Shown: positions 1 through 9,580 of the stretch, one piece after another | How positions within the stretch are numbered: the first letter of the stretch is position 1 | Layout of the letters: every line of letters starts with the position of its first letter | NCBI GenBank assembly: GCA_044356525.1 | Contig: JBIKVZ010000005.1 | Coordinates: forward strand, 1,130 to 65,129 | Length of the DNA: 64,000 bases | Reading direction: 5' to 3' | Source of the DNA: Rickettsiales bacterium | GTDB lineage: Bacteria > Pseudomonadota > Alphaproteobacteria > Rickettsiales > RGZB01 | The notes under the pieces: model-generated | What the model saw: the letters and a program-made list of their open reading frames with translations, nothing else | Told to the model about the DNA's origin: nothing | The model's database searches: none | Position numbers and translations under genes: made by a program

Positions 1-326
1 ATATAAAATGGACGCAGTATGGTGATCAGGCCATAGTGGTGAAGTAGCAGAAAATTTAGGCCGCTGGCTGAGGGGAAATGCCAAAACGCATTCAAGGGCC
101 ACACTCGACAAATACCCCCAGCGCACCAGGACTCAACAACTTGCACATGCCACGCGCCGCGCCGCCAAGATTGCTAGTATTAGCGCCACCAACATTGACG
201 CTTGCCAAGCCATTTTAAATGTGTATTTTCCCAAGGACGAAATTGTAAACCAAAACGGTATCGCCAAACTGGAAGGTTATCGTGAAAAACTTGGAATGGT
301 TTCGCTAAGTCATTGTTTTATCGATG

Positions 327-403
<77 letters not shown>

Positions 404-523
404 TCGGTAAATTTCTTCCACCTCCTTGTTTTCTCATTTTGTTTCCCTATTTACATCAGGGGCGTATTCAGTATGATACGCCGCGCCGAAGGCGCTATTG
501 ATATTCAACGGGTTAGGCAGTTC

Positions 524-3247
524 ATGTTTGGTGGCATCGCGAAGAAGATTTTTGGTACCGTTAACGATCGCAAAGTAAAAGGCTTTTTACCCCTCGTTGA
601 GAAAATTAACGCGCTGGAAGCTGAAGTCAGCAAGCTTTCTGATACAAACCTCCAAAAACAGACCGAAAAATTCCGCAAACGCCTGAAAGACGGCGAGACG
701 CTGGATGCTATTTTGCCAGAAGTTTTCGCCACCGTGCGCGAAGCTTCAAAACGCGTGCTCAAAATGCGCCATTTCGATGTGCAGCTGATTGGCGGCATGG
801 TGCTGCATCACGGCATGATTTCTGAAATGAAGACGGGGGAAGGTAAAACGTTGGTCGCCACCCTGCCCGTTTATTTGAACGCGCTCGAAGGCAAAGGCGT
901 GCATGTGGTCACGGTGAATGACTACCTCGCTAAACGCGATGCTAGCTGGATGGGTCAGGTGTACGAATTCCTAGGCCTTAGCGTCGGCTGCATTGTGCAT
1001 GAGCTGACCGATGAGCAGCGCAAAGCCGCTTATGCCTGCGACATTACCTATGGCACAAATAATGAATTCGGCTTCGACTATCTGCGCGACAACATGAAGT
1101 TCTCACTCGATGAAATGGTGCAGCGCCCCTTTAACTTCGCGATTGTGGACGAAGTGGACAGCATCTTAATTGACGAAGCGCGCACGCCGCTCATTATCTC
1201 CGGCCCCGTGGAAGACAATACCGGCCTTTATATCAGCGTAAACAAGCTGATTCCAAAACTCACAAAAACCGACTTTGAAGTGGATGAAAAAGCCCGCTCT
1301 GTGAGCTTAACCGAAGAAGGCACCGAGCATATTGAAAAGCTGCTGGTAGAAAACGGCCTGGTGAAAGAAGGCGAAAGCCTATACGACCTCGGCAACATCT
1401 CGCTGGTGCATTATGTGACGCAGGCGCTCCGCGCCCACACGCTGTTCGAGCGTGACAAAGACTACATCGTAAAAGACGGCCGCGTGGTGATTATCGACGA
1501 ATTCACTGGCCGCATGATGGAAGGCCGCCGCTTCTCGGAAGGTTTGCACCAGGCGCTAGAAGCACGTGAAGGTGTACCCATTCAGAATGAAAACCAAACA
1601 CTGGCTTCCATTACCTTCCAGAATTACTTCCGCCTATTCCCGAAACTGGCAGGTATGACAGGTACGGCGCTGACCGAAGCCAATGAGTTTGCCGACATCT
1701 ATAAACTCGAGGTGGTAGAAATCCCCACCCACGTTGACGTGAAGCGCGTGGATGAGCAGGACATGATTTACCGCACCGCCGATGAAAAATACGGCGCGAT
1801 TATTAAAGAAATTGAAGAGTCGTTCAAACGTAACCAGCCCGTGCTGGTGGGCACTATCAGCATCGAAAAATCAGAATATTTAAGCAGTATGCTGAAGAAG
1901 AAGAAAATTCCGCACCAAGTGCTGAATGCCCGTTACCACGAAAAAGAAGCTGAAATTATTGCACAGGCCGGTCGCCCAGGCGCCGTGACCATCGCCACCA
2001 ACATGGCAGGCCGCGGAACGGACATCATGCTCGGTGGTAACCCTGTGCTGTTGGCAGAAGAAAAGCTCGAACCCGGCACAGATGAAAAACTCCGCGAGAA
2101 GGCAATTGAAGCCATGCGCGCACAGGTGGCTGAAGATAAGAAAAAAGTGCTCGCTGCTGGCGGTTTATATGTAATGGGTACCGAGCGGCATGAAAGCCGC
2201 CGTATCGATAACCAGCTGCGTGGCCGCTCTGGTCGCCAAGGTGACCCAGGCCGCAGCCGCTTCTTCATTTCGCTTGAAGACGATCTAATGCGCATCTTCG
2301 GCTCGGAACGTATTGACGGTCTTTTGCAAAAGTTGGGGTTAGAAGAAGGCGAAGCCATTCAGCACCCATGGATGACACGTGCACTTGAAAAGGCGCAGGA
2401 AAAAGTGGAAGCACGCAACTATGAAATCCGCAAAAACCTACTGAAGTATGACGACGTGATGAATGACCAGCGTAAGGTCATTTACGAGCAGCGCATTGAG
2501 TTGATGCAGGCTGAAAATGTTTCAAAACCCCTAAAAGAAATGCACACCGAAGTGGTGGATGCTGTGGTGGCAAACCATATTCCGGAGCGCGCCTTCCCCG
2601 AGCAGTGGGACGTGGAAGGGCTGAAGAAAGAAATCTTCCGTATTTTTGCGCTGAACCTGCCGGTTGATAAATGGGCGCAGGAAGAAGGCATTGCCGACCG
2701 CGAGGTCTTTGACCGCGTGATGCAGGCCACGGGCAAAATATTCTCTGAGAAAGAAAAGCAATACGGTGCACCAATTCTGCGTGATGTAGAAAAGAAAGTA
2801 CTACTCTTCACGCTCGATCAATTGTGGAAAGAGCACCTGCTGGGGCTCGACCATCTGCGCCACGGCATCAACCTGCGTGCATACGGCCAGAAAGACCCGC
2901 TGAATGAATATAAGCGCGAAGCGTTCTTGATGTTCGATACCATGCTTTCCAGCATGCGTGAAATGGTAGTAGCTCGGCTTTCACACCTTGAGCTTCAGGT
3001 AGGTAATGGTGAGTCTGTAGCACCTATCGCGCCGCGCCGCCAGCGCATGACCGAAAGCCGTGTAGACCCGGCAACCGGTGCTGGTGAGCAACGGCAGGGC
3101 GGCGTTCGCCTCGGCACCGTGGTGCATAAACCGCAAGGCCCGATTGACCCAAACGACCCAAACACGTGGGGTAAAGTTGGTCGCAACGATCTTTGCCCAT
3201 GCGGCTCCGGTAAAAAATTCAAGCACTGCCACGGCGTTCTAGCTTAA
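524..3247 (+). CDS. secA: Preprotein translocase ATPase SecA
   Basis: [19 protein letters not shown] is a canonical SecA N-terminus. It has a DEAD-like motor ([32 protein letters not shown]) and a C-terminal zinc finger ([14 protein letters not shown]). The tracked ORF start at 368 lies inside tRNA-Ile, so ATG 524 is preferred. ATG 473 is possible. Confidence 0.95.
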   Translation: MFGGIAKKIFGTVNDRKVKGFLPLVEKINALEAEVSKLSDTNLQKQTEKFRKRLKDGETLDAILPEVFATVREASKRVLKMRHFDVQLIGGMVLHHGMISEMKTGEGKTLVATLPVYLNALEGKGVHVVTVNDYLAKRDASWMGQVYEFLGLSVGCIVHELTDEQRKAAYACDITYGTNNEFGFDYLRDNMKFSLDEMVQRPFNFAIVDEVDSILIDEARTPLIISGPVEDNTGLYISVNKLIPKLTKTDFEVDEKARSVSLTEEGTEHIEKLLVENGLVKEGESLYDLGNISLVHYVTQALRAHTLFERDKDYIVKDGRVVIIDEFTGRMMEGRRFSEGLHQALEAREGVPIQNENQTLASITFQNYFRLFPKLAGMTGTALTEANEFADIYKLEVVEIPTHVDVKRVDEQDMIYRTADEKYGAIIKEIEESFKRNQPVLVGTISIEKSEYLSSMLKKKKIPHQVLNARYHEKEAEIIAQAGRPGAVTIATNMAGRGTDIMLGGNPVLLAEEKLEPGTDEKLREKAIEAMRAQVAEDKKKVLAAGGLYVMGTERHESRRIDNQLRGRSGRQGDPGRSRFFISLEDDLMRIFGSERIDGLLQKLGLEEGEAIQHPWMTRALEKAQEKVEARNYEIRKNLLKYDDVMNDQRKVIYEQRIELMQAENVSKPLKEMHTEVVDAVVANHIPERAFPEQWDVEGLKKEIFRIFALNLPVDKWAQEEGIADREVFDRVMQATGKIFSEKEKQYGAPILRDVEKKVLLFTLDQLWKEHLLGLDHLRHGINLRAYGQKDPLNEYKREAFLMFDTMLSSMREMVVARLSHLELQVGNGESVAPIAPRRQRMTESRVDPATGAGEQRQGGVRLGTVVHKPQGPIDPNDPNTWGKVGRNDLCPCGSGKKFKHCHGVLA

Positions 3248-3260
3248 GCAAAAGACCGTA

Positions 3261-3965
3261 TTACGTCTTATTTTTATGCGGCATGTTGGTGACAAGCTGC
3301 GGCGGCAGCTTTAAAAAATCGACAATTTTTTTTGTATCTTTCTCTGCGGTAATATCAATCACCAGTAGGTCGTCTGGCCGCTCGGAAAAATATTGGACGA
3401 TTTGTCGGTTACGCTCCATATACACACGAATATACTGCTCACGCGTATAGGCAAGGCTCCAATCTTTTTTCCATGTCAGCGTGTCATCCACATCAATCAG
3501 CCACGTCAACTCATGTATGTATTCCAGATAGCCGTTATAAAGATATGGCTTCGCCGCAATGCTTTCTTTGGTGATGGCTTCATTTTCGCCCACACGAAGT
3601 ATCTTTTTGTGGAAGCTGTGCAGGGAATCAAACCATGCCTCCGGCTCACGGAAAGTGAGGATAAACTTACTATCCGGAAACAGCGCATCCATCTGTGCAT
3701 ATGTGCCCTTCATCGAGAAGGGAGCATCCTGAAAAGCATCGTATTGCGACACATATTCCACCAGCGGGCGCAGATTGCCTTTTTGCGCCTGAATGCCATA
3801 CAGCTCGCCCTCATGCTGGGGTGAGAGCTTCAACCCAAGGAGATGAAACACCGTTCCCAGCGAGCTTGTGCCTGTTTTATTCGCCCCAATGCCAAAAACC
3901 TTGTTAAAGGATTTATACACCTTGCACAGCGGAACGTAGGCTTTCCTGTATTTATCGACGTTCAT
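3261..3965 (-). CDS. Sulfotransferase family protein
   Basis: It has a PAPS 5'-phosphosulfate-binding-loop-like motif, GANKTGTSS, near the N-terminus. A downstream FILTFREPEAWFDS segment resembles the 3'-phosphate binding motif. About 234 aa, cytosolic. Confidence 0.6.
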   Translation of the reverse strand: MNVDKYRKAYVPLCKVYKSFNKVFGIGANKTGTSSLGTVFHLLGLKLSPQHEGELYGIQAQKGNLRPLVEYVSQYDAFQDAPFSMKGTYAQMDALFPDSKFILTFREPEAWFDSLHSFHKKILRVGENEAITKESIAAKPYLYNGYLEYIHELTWLIDVDDTLTWKKDWSLAYTREQYIRVYMERNRQIVQYFSERPDDLLVIDITAEKDTKKIVDFLKLPPQLVTNMPHKNKT

Positions 3966-4128
3966 ATCGCAGAACCTATCCTATGGTTAGGCACTCTTTA
4001 TAGCGCGATTAACAGCCCTTATGTCAAATTCTTATCATGCGCCACGCCGTGCTTTGGACTTGGCGAAGCCCGCATAACTTGATAAACGTCAATGCTGTGA
4101 TTTGCTTACATTGGTAAAGGATGGCCGA

Positions 4129-4383
4129 ATGACCGAAAAAGCCGAGAAAAAAGAAACCGTCACTTCGCTTTCGTTTGAACAGGCTCTGGGGGAGCTTGAG
4201 CACATCGTGCGCCGCTTAGAAGGTGGCGCGCAGGATTTGGACAGCGCGATTAAAGACTACACCCGCGGCACACAGCTTAAAAGCCATTGCGATAAAAAGC
4301 TCAACGAAGCCAAGCTGAAGGTAGAAAAAATCGTCGCCGGAGCCGATGGCGCGCTAAAAACAGAGGCTTTTGACGCAGAGTAA
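4129..4383 (+). CDS. xseB: Exodeoxyribonuclease VII small subunit
   Basis: [31 protein letters not shown] is typical XseB. AAAGGA lies 7 nt upstream of ATG 4129. The tracked ORF begins at TTG 4102. Confidence 0.85.
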   Translation: MTEKAEKKETVTSLSFEQALGELEHIVRRLEGGAQDLDSAIKDYTRGTQLKSHCDKKLNEAKLKVEKIVAGADGALKTEAFDAE

Positions 4384-4385
4384 CC

Positions 4386-5258
4386 ATGGCACACACCGCA
4401 GTAAAAACCACAGCACCTACGTCTGCCTACCAGGCAAAAGCAGAGCAATGGTTCCGCACACTGCGTGATGACATCTGCAAAGCATTTGAAACCTTGGAAG
4501 ACGAACTAACGGGCAGTAGTGCAAAAGCAGGGCGCTTCGAGCGCAAGCCATGGCAACGCGAAGGCGGTGGTGGTGGTGAAATCTCTCTCATGCATGGCCG
4601 TGTGTTTGAAAAGGTCGGCGTAAATATCTCTACCGTATACGGCGAATTTTCCGACAGCTTCGGCAAAGAAATCCCCGGCACAACACCTGATAGCCGCGGC
4701 TTCTGGGCCAGCGGTATTTCGCTGGTGGCGCATATGCATTCCCCACTCGTGCCAGCGGTGCATATGAACACGCGCCACATCGTGACGACGGGAAAAAACT
4801 GGTTTGGCGGCGGGGCAGACCTTACCCCGATGTATCCTGACAGCACCGACACAAAAGATTTTCACGCGGCATTTAAATCTGCCTGCGATGCGCATAACCC
4901 AGATTACTATCCAAAATTTAAAAAAGAGTGCGATGAATATTTTTTCCTGAAGCATAGGAATGAGCCGCGCGGTATTGGTGGCATTTTTTATGATTACCTT
5001 GAAACGGCCGATAAAGATGATGATTTTGTCTTTACGCAGGATGTTGGTAAGGCTTTCTTAAAAATTTACCCCGCGCTGGTGCGCCGCCACATGCAGAAAA
5101 AATGGACGGATGAACAGCGCGCCCATCAGCTAGTGAAGCGCGGGCGGTACGTGGAGTTTAATCTGCTCTATGATCGCGGCACCAAATTTGGGCTGATGAC
5201 GGGCGGCAATGTGGAGGGCATTTTAATGTCACTCCCACCGGAAGTGCGCTGGCCTTAG
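4386..5258 (+). CDS. hemF: Oxygen-dependent coproporphyrinogen III oxidase
   Basis: HemF signatures are present: [65 protein letters not shown] and [19 protein letters not shown]. Confidence 0.92.
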   Translation: MAHTAVKTTAPTSAYQAKAEQWFRTLRDDICKAFETLEDELTGSSAKAGRFERKPWQREGGGGGEISLMHGRVFEKVGVNISTVYGEFSDSFGKEIPGTTPDSRGFWASGISLVAHMHSPLVPAVHMNTRHIVTTGKNWFGGGADLTPMYPDSTDTKDFHAAFKSACDAHNPDYYPKFKKECDEYFFLKHRNEPRGIGGIFYDYLETADKDDDFVFTQDVGKAFLKIYPALVRRHMQKKWTDEQRAHQLVKRGRYVEFNLLYDRGTKFGLMTGGNVEGILMSLPPEVRWP

Positions 5259-5268
5259 GCCTTTTCCT

Positions 5269-6555
5269 CTAGGCCTTTTCTTTTTCAGTATCCGCCCGGG
5301 TTTTGCCTTCACCAATATAATGTTTGCGGATGGTTTCAATCAGCTCTTTACGATTGTCTTTATAACCTGCCGCTTCCCATGCACCTTCTATTTCGCGCAG
5401 AATAATCCCAACTTCCTTGCCGGGCATAATGCCAAGCTGAATGATATCTTGCCCACGGATTGGAAATACGGGCGGCATCCAATGATTCGTGAGCAATAGC
5501 ATATCACGCAAGGTCGGCAGGTGTTTCGGATGGCGCGCCATTAAAATCAGCACGGCTGCACGGAAAAGCCCACGACCCATTTTGCGGAATACGGCTTTCT
5601 GGGTTGGCTCATCGGCATCCGGTGCCAGCATATGCTGCAATTGCAGCAACGCCGCCAACCACGCTTTATCAGTGTTGGAGAAGCGCCAATGGATGGCAAG
5701 CGCTTCAAATTGCTCTTCGTTGAGGTTAATCGGGAGCAATGCCGCAAGGCGAATCAATGGCTGCGCCTGCCCGTCACCTGCTTCTTCATCCAGCTCATGC
5801 GTCACCAACTGGCGGAAAGTTTCCACATTCAGCGGGCTGATTTCCGGCAAGATATATTTAAACACGCCGGACTCCTGCATGGTTTCCATCACCCGTGAAG
5901 GCTCAGGCGCAGCGAGGATTTTGAACATCTCCTGATGGATGCGTTCGCCGGAAAGATTCTGCAAACCCGCCATGTGATTGCGGATGGCCTCCATCCCCTG
6001 CCCGTCAAATTCGCCTTTGCCAAAATAGGCATGGAAACGGAAAAAACGCAAAATGCGGAGGTAGTCTTCACGGATGCGTTCATCGGCATTGCCGATAAAT
6101 TTTATTTTACCTGCCTTTAAATCAGCACGGCCCTCGAAGTAGTCAAACAAGTTGCCTGCCATATCGAGCGACATGGCGTTAATGGTGAAGTCGCGCCGTG
6201 CGGCATCTTCTTCCCACTCGCTGGTAAAGGATACTTCGGCATGGCGGCCATCGCAGTTTACATCTTTGCGCAGAGTGGTGATTTCAAACGAGCTACGCCC
6301 CACCACCGCTGTAACCGTGCCATGCTTAAGGCCTGTGGGAATCACACGCATGCCGGCCTCTTTCAATAGACGCATGGTTTCTTCGGGCAAATGCGTGGTG
6401 GCAATGTCGATGTCTTTCACCTGCCTTCCGGCCAGTGTGTCGCGCACCACGCCACCCACAAAACGGGCTTCCTTGAGGCCAATCGCATCCATCACTGCCT
6501 TTACTTCCGGCAGGTTCATCCATGGTTTTAGGGTAATACGCGAGCGGCCTGTCAC
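5269..6555 (-). CDS. cca: CCA tRNA nucleotidyltransferase / poly(A) polymerase family
   Basis: It has the class II nucleotidyltransferase head motifs GGVVRDTLAGRQVKDIDIAT, RKDVNCDGRHA and RRDFTINAM. Confidence 0.85.
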   Translation of the reverse strand: MTGRSRITLKPWMNLPEVKAVMDAIGLKEARFVGGVVRDTLAGRQVKDIDIATTHLPEETMRLLKEAGMRVIPTGLKHGTVTAVVGRSSFEITTLRKDVNCDGRHAEVSFTSEWEEDAARRDFTINAMSLDMAGNLFDYFEGRADLKAGKIKFIGNADERIREDYLRILRFFRFHAYFGKGEFDGQGMEAIRNHMAGLQNLSGERIHQEMFKILAAPEPSRVMETMQESGVFKYILPEISPLNVETFRQLVTHELDEEAGDGQAQPLIRLAALLPINLNEEQFEALAIHWRFSNTDKAWLAALLQLQHMLAPDADEPTQKAVFRKMGRGLFRAAVLILMARHPKHLPTLRDMLLLTNHWMPPVFPIRGQDIIQLGIMPGKEVGIILREIEGAWEAAGYKDNRKELIETIRKHYIGEGKTRADTEKEKA

Positions 6556-6839
6556 TTCGCTTCCTCATTCACGATATGGCCAGGAATCAGTTGGCCATCC
6601 TTATATTCGGCGGGCACATAGGCTCCGCCTGTATCGCGTTCTTGGGCCATACCCAGCACCAGCATAGAGGCCACCAGCAGCACGAACGAAGCGCCCAGCG
6701 CCCAAATCCACAGTTTTTCCTGCCATGGCAGCAATGTGCCCTTCTTCTTTTTTTTGCGGCCCCAGCCATACCACCACACCAGCCACACAATCAGTGGAAT
6801 CCAGGCGGGCCAGAAACGAAATATCAACATACGGAGCAT
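6552..6839 (-). CDS. Small membrane protein, unknown function
   Basis: Two hydrophobic helices are separated by the basic loop GRKKKKKG. Its stop overlaps the cca start by 4 nt, which suggests translational coupling. Confidence 0.5.
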   Translation of the reverse strand: MLRMLIFRFWPAWIPLIVWLVWWYGWGRKKKKKGTLLPWQEKLWIWALGASFVLLVASMLVLGMAQERDTGGAYVPAEYKDGQLIPGHIVNEEAK

Positions 6840-6938
6840 GGGTGCTAAAAAACCTTAAACCAAACACAAATCTGTGGTATTGAGCGCAAATATACTTTAA
6901 AGACTGACGTTCTTCAAAGGATAAAGGTAGCCACGGTT

Positions 6939-7748
6939 ATGGGCATTAAAATCGGGATTATTGGCTGCGCGGGGCGCATGGGGCGAATGCTGGTGGCAGA
7001 AGTGCTGGCAAACAAGGCCTGCACGCTGGCAGGTGGCGTGGAGCCTGCGGGCTCACCCTTTGTTGGGCATGACATGGCTATGCTGATTGGCGAAAAGCCC
7101 TGCAAGAAGCTTGTGACCGACAATGTGGAGGCGCTGGTTAAAGCTTCGGACGCGATTATTGACTTCACCGCGCCGGAATCCACCTTAAAAGCCGCTGCAC
7201 TGGCTGCGAAAGCCAAAAAAATTCATGTGATTGGCACCACGGGTTTCAGCGAAAAGCAAATCGCGGAGCTGCGCAGGCATGCCTCTAAAACCGCCATCGT
7301 GTTTGCCCCGAATATGAGCGTGGGCGTGAATTTGCTCGCCAGCCTCGTCCGCCAAGTTGCGGGCGCGTTAGGCGAAGATGATTTTGATATTGAAGTGCTG
7401 GAAATGCACCATAGCAAAAAGGTAGATGCGCCATCTGGCACCGCACTTGCCCTTGGCAAGGCCGCTGCCGAAGGCCGTAAAGTGAAACTGGAAAAAGTCG
7501 CCCGCCGCGAGCGCGATGGCGTGATTGGCGCCCGCCCGAAAGGCGAAATTGGCTTTGCGACCCTGCGCGGTGGTGATGTGATTGGCGACCATACGATCAT
7601 TTTCGCCGGTGATGGCGAGCGGATTGAGCTCACGCATAAAGCGTCCAGCCGCACGATTTACGCCAAAGGCGCCGTGCGTGCCGCATTGTGGGCGAAGGGC
7701 AAAAAGCCTGGGCTTTACACCATGAAAGACATTCTGGACATCGGCTGA
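6939..7748 (+). CDS. dapB: 4-hydroxy-tetrahydrodipicolinate reductase
   Basis: N-terminal Rossmann motif IGIIGCAGRMGRML and the DapB signature EMHHSKKVDAPSGTAL. Confidence 0.92.
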   Translation: MGIKIGIIGCAGRMGRMLVAEVLANKACTLAGGVEPAGSPFVGHDMAMLIGEKPCKKLVTDNVEALVKASDAIIDFTAPESTLKAAALAAKAKKIHVIGTTGFSEKQIAELRRHASKTAIVFAPNMSVGVNLLASLVRQVAGALGEDDFDIEVLEMHHSKKVDAPSGTALALGKAAAEGRKVKLEKVARRERDGVIGARPKGEIGFATLRGGDVIGDHTIIFAGDGERIELTHKASSRTIYAKGAVRAALWAKGKKPGLYTMKDILDIG

Positions 7749-7753
7749 TAAAC

Positions 7754-8284
7754 ATGAACACACCTTCTATGGCCGAAGCGCAGGACATCACCATCAGCCT
7801 CGTAAAACCCGAGGACGCAGACACCGTTTTCGCCATTTTTCGCGCCGTAGTCTCGCAGGGCAACACCTATACCTATAAACCTGACACCACCCGCGAGGAG
7901 GCTGAGACCATCTGGCTGCATGACCCGCGCACGCGCTACGTTATCCGCCACAAAGGCAAAATCGCTGGCTTTTACGACCTAAAGCCCAACCAGCGCGGCC
8001 TTGGCTCGCACATTGCCAATGCCGGCTTCATGATTCACCCTGACTTTCAGGGGCTGGGGCTGGGCAAAGCATTGGGCCGTCACGCGCTGAAAGAAGCCAA
8101 GAAAAAAGGTTTCCTTGCTATGCAATTTAACATGGTGATTAGCACCAATACGCGTGGGGTAAACACGTGGAAATCACTTGGCTTTAATATTATCGGCACC
8201 ATCCCGAAAGCATTCAACCACCGCGAACATGGGCTGGTGGATGCTTACATCATGCACCGTTTTTTAGATGATATTGAGGGCTAG
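7754..8284 (+). CDS. GNAT family N-acetyltransferase
   Basis: Acetyl-CoA binding motif FQGLGLGKALGRHALKEAKKKGF. ATG 7754 lies just after the dapB stop, whereas the tracked start at 7688 overlaps dapB. Confidence 0.8.
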   Translation: MNTPSMAEAQDITISLVKPEDADTVFAIFRAVVSQGNTYTYKPDTTREEAETIWLHDPRTRYVIRHKGKIAGFYDLKPNQRGLGSHIANAGFMIHPDFQGLGLGKALGRHALKEAKKKGFLAMQFNMVISTNTRGVNTWKSLGFNIIGTIPKAFNHREHGLVDAYIMHRFLDDIEG

Positions 8285-9243
8285 AGCCCGTATTCCTCGT
8301 GCCGCTTCACCTGCAAATGGAAGCGCAACTTGTGCAGATATTCCATCGGATCCTTCGGTTTTACCAGTGCACCCTCCACCTGATTCAGCCAGTCATAGAG
8401 GCGGCTAAGCAAAAAGCGCATTGCGGCGCCGCTGGCGAGCACTGGCAGTGCCTCTAGCTCCTCGCGGCTGAAGTTACGCACCTTGTTATAAGCATGCAGC
8501 ATGTGCTGCGCCTTGGTAATGTTGAATTCCTTGTTGTTTTCAAAGCTCCAACAATTCAGGCAAATGGCGAGATCATAGGCAAAGTAATCGTTGCAGGCGA
8601 AATAGAAGTCGATGATGCCCGTGAGCTTATTTCCTTCAAAAAATACGTTGTCAGGGAACATATCGGCGTGGATTACGCCCGTTGGCAGGTGCTTGGGCCA
8701 ATGGTGCTCAAGCCGCTCCAGCGCATGCTCCATCTCCGCCGCCAGCCCCTTCTGCACTTCATCGGCACGTGGTGCGCAAGCTTCAAATAGCGGGCGCCAG
8801 CTATGCATGCCCATGGCGTTCTCGCGCTTGCCCGTATAGCCCCAACTGGCCACGTGCATCTCCGCCATCGCCCGTCCTACTTCGGCAGCGTGCTCGCTTT
8901 GAATATGCTTGTGTGATTTACCTTCCAGAAACGATACCAGCGTTGCAGCTTTGCCTTTCAGCTCGTTCAATAGAACGCCCTTCTTATCGGCTACGGGCAA
9001 GGGGCATGGCACCTTCTGGCGCGAAAGATGCTGCATCAGGCCCAGAAAAAACGGCAAGTCTTCGCGCTTCATACGCTTTTCATAAAGGGTAAGGATATAG
9101 CGCTGGCCGCTCTCCATAGTCAGGAGGAAATTGGAGTTCTCCACCCCCTCCGCGATTCCCTTGAAATCGCGCAAGCTGCCTAAGTCATATCCCTTTAGGA
9201 ATGATTCAAGCTCCTGTTTCGTGATATCCGTATATACTGCCAC
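8281..9243 (-). CDS. thrB: Homoserine kinase, APH/ThrB type II
   Basis: N-terminus MAVYTDITKQELESFLKGYDLGSL..KGIAEGVENSNFLL and catalytic segment GVIHADMFPDNVFF are typical of alphaproteobacterial ThrB. Confidence 0.85.
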   Translation of the reverse strand: MAVYTDITKQELESFLKGYDLGSLRDFKGIAEGVENSNFLLTMESGQRYILTLYEKRMKREDLPFFLGLMQHLSRQKVPCPLPVADKKGVLLNELKGKAATLVSFLEGKSHKHIQSEHAAEVGRAMAEMHVASWGYTGKRENAMGMHSWRPLFEACAPRADEVQKGLAAEMEHALERLEHHWPKHLPTGVIHADMFPDNVFFEGNKLTGIIDFYFACNDYFAYDLAICLNCWSFENNKEFNITKAQHMLHAYNKVRNFSREELEALPVLASGAAMRFLLSRLYDWLNQVEGALVKPKDPMEYLHKLRFHLQVKRHEEYGL

Positions 9244-9279
9244 GTTGTTCCTTTGTTATGGCCTAACGGATTAAACAAT

Positions 9280-9312
9280 AAAAAACGCAAAGGCAAGCCT
9301 TTGCGTTTTTTT
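9280..9312 (-). terminator. Rho-independent terminator ending the T4SS operon
   Basis: Hairpin AAAAAACGCAAAGG-CAAG-CCTTTGCGTTTTTTT. A T-run follows the stem on the minus strand. It lies directly downstream of the small lipoprotein ORF. Confidence 0.75.
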
Positions 9313-9333
9313 AAATCGAAATATGCTTAATAA

Positions 9334-9480
9334 CTAGGCGTGCAGCCACCACGCATTCACGCTGCGCTTATCGCACGGGCTACCTTCAGCGCCCACGCAC
9401 GGGCTTTTCAGTTCTGGGGTTTTTGACGCGCAAGCCTGCATCACCAACATCACCACAACAACTGCAAGAATCTTTTTCAT
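9334..9480 (-). CDS. 48-aa lipoprotein, VirB7-like candidate (not in the ORF track)
   Basis: My translation is MKKILAVVVVMLVMQACASKTPELKSPCVGAEGSPCDKRSVNAWWLHA. It has a signal peptide plus a lipobox (MQAC). GAGGG lies about 9 nt upstream of the ATG. It is the last gene after the virB6 paralogs and before the terminator. Confidence 0.6.
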   Translation of the reverse strand: MKKILAVVVVMLVMQACASKTPELKSPCVGAEGSPCDKRSVNAWWLHA

Positions 9481-9580
9481 GGCTTAAGCCCTCAGAAATT
9501 TATAAAACGCTTATGAATAGGGATAATAACAAATTCACAAAGAAAATCAACTCATAGGACATACATCAGACAAATAAACA

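Noticed and set aside
8281-8284. GNAT and thrB stop codons share the palindromic CTAG
   Set aside because: It is a real but trivial consequence of convergent gene packing, not a regulatory feature I can support.
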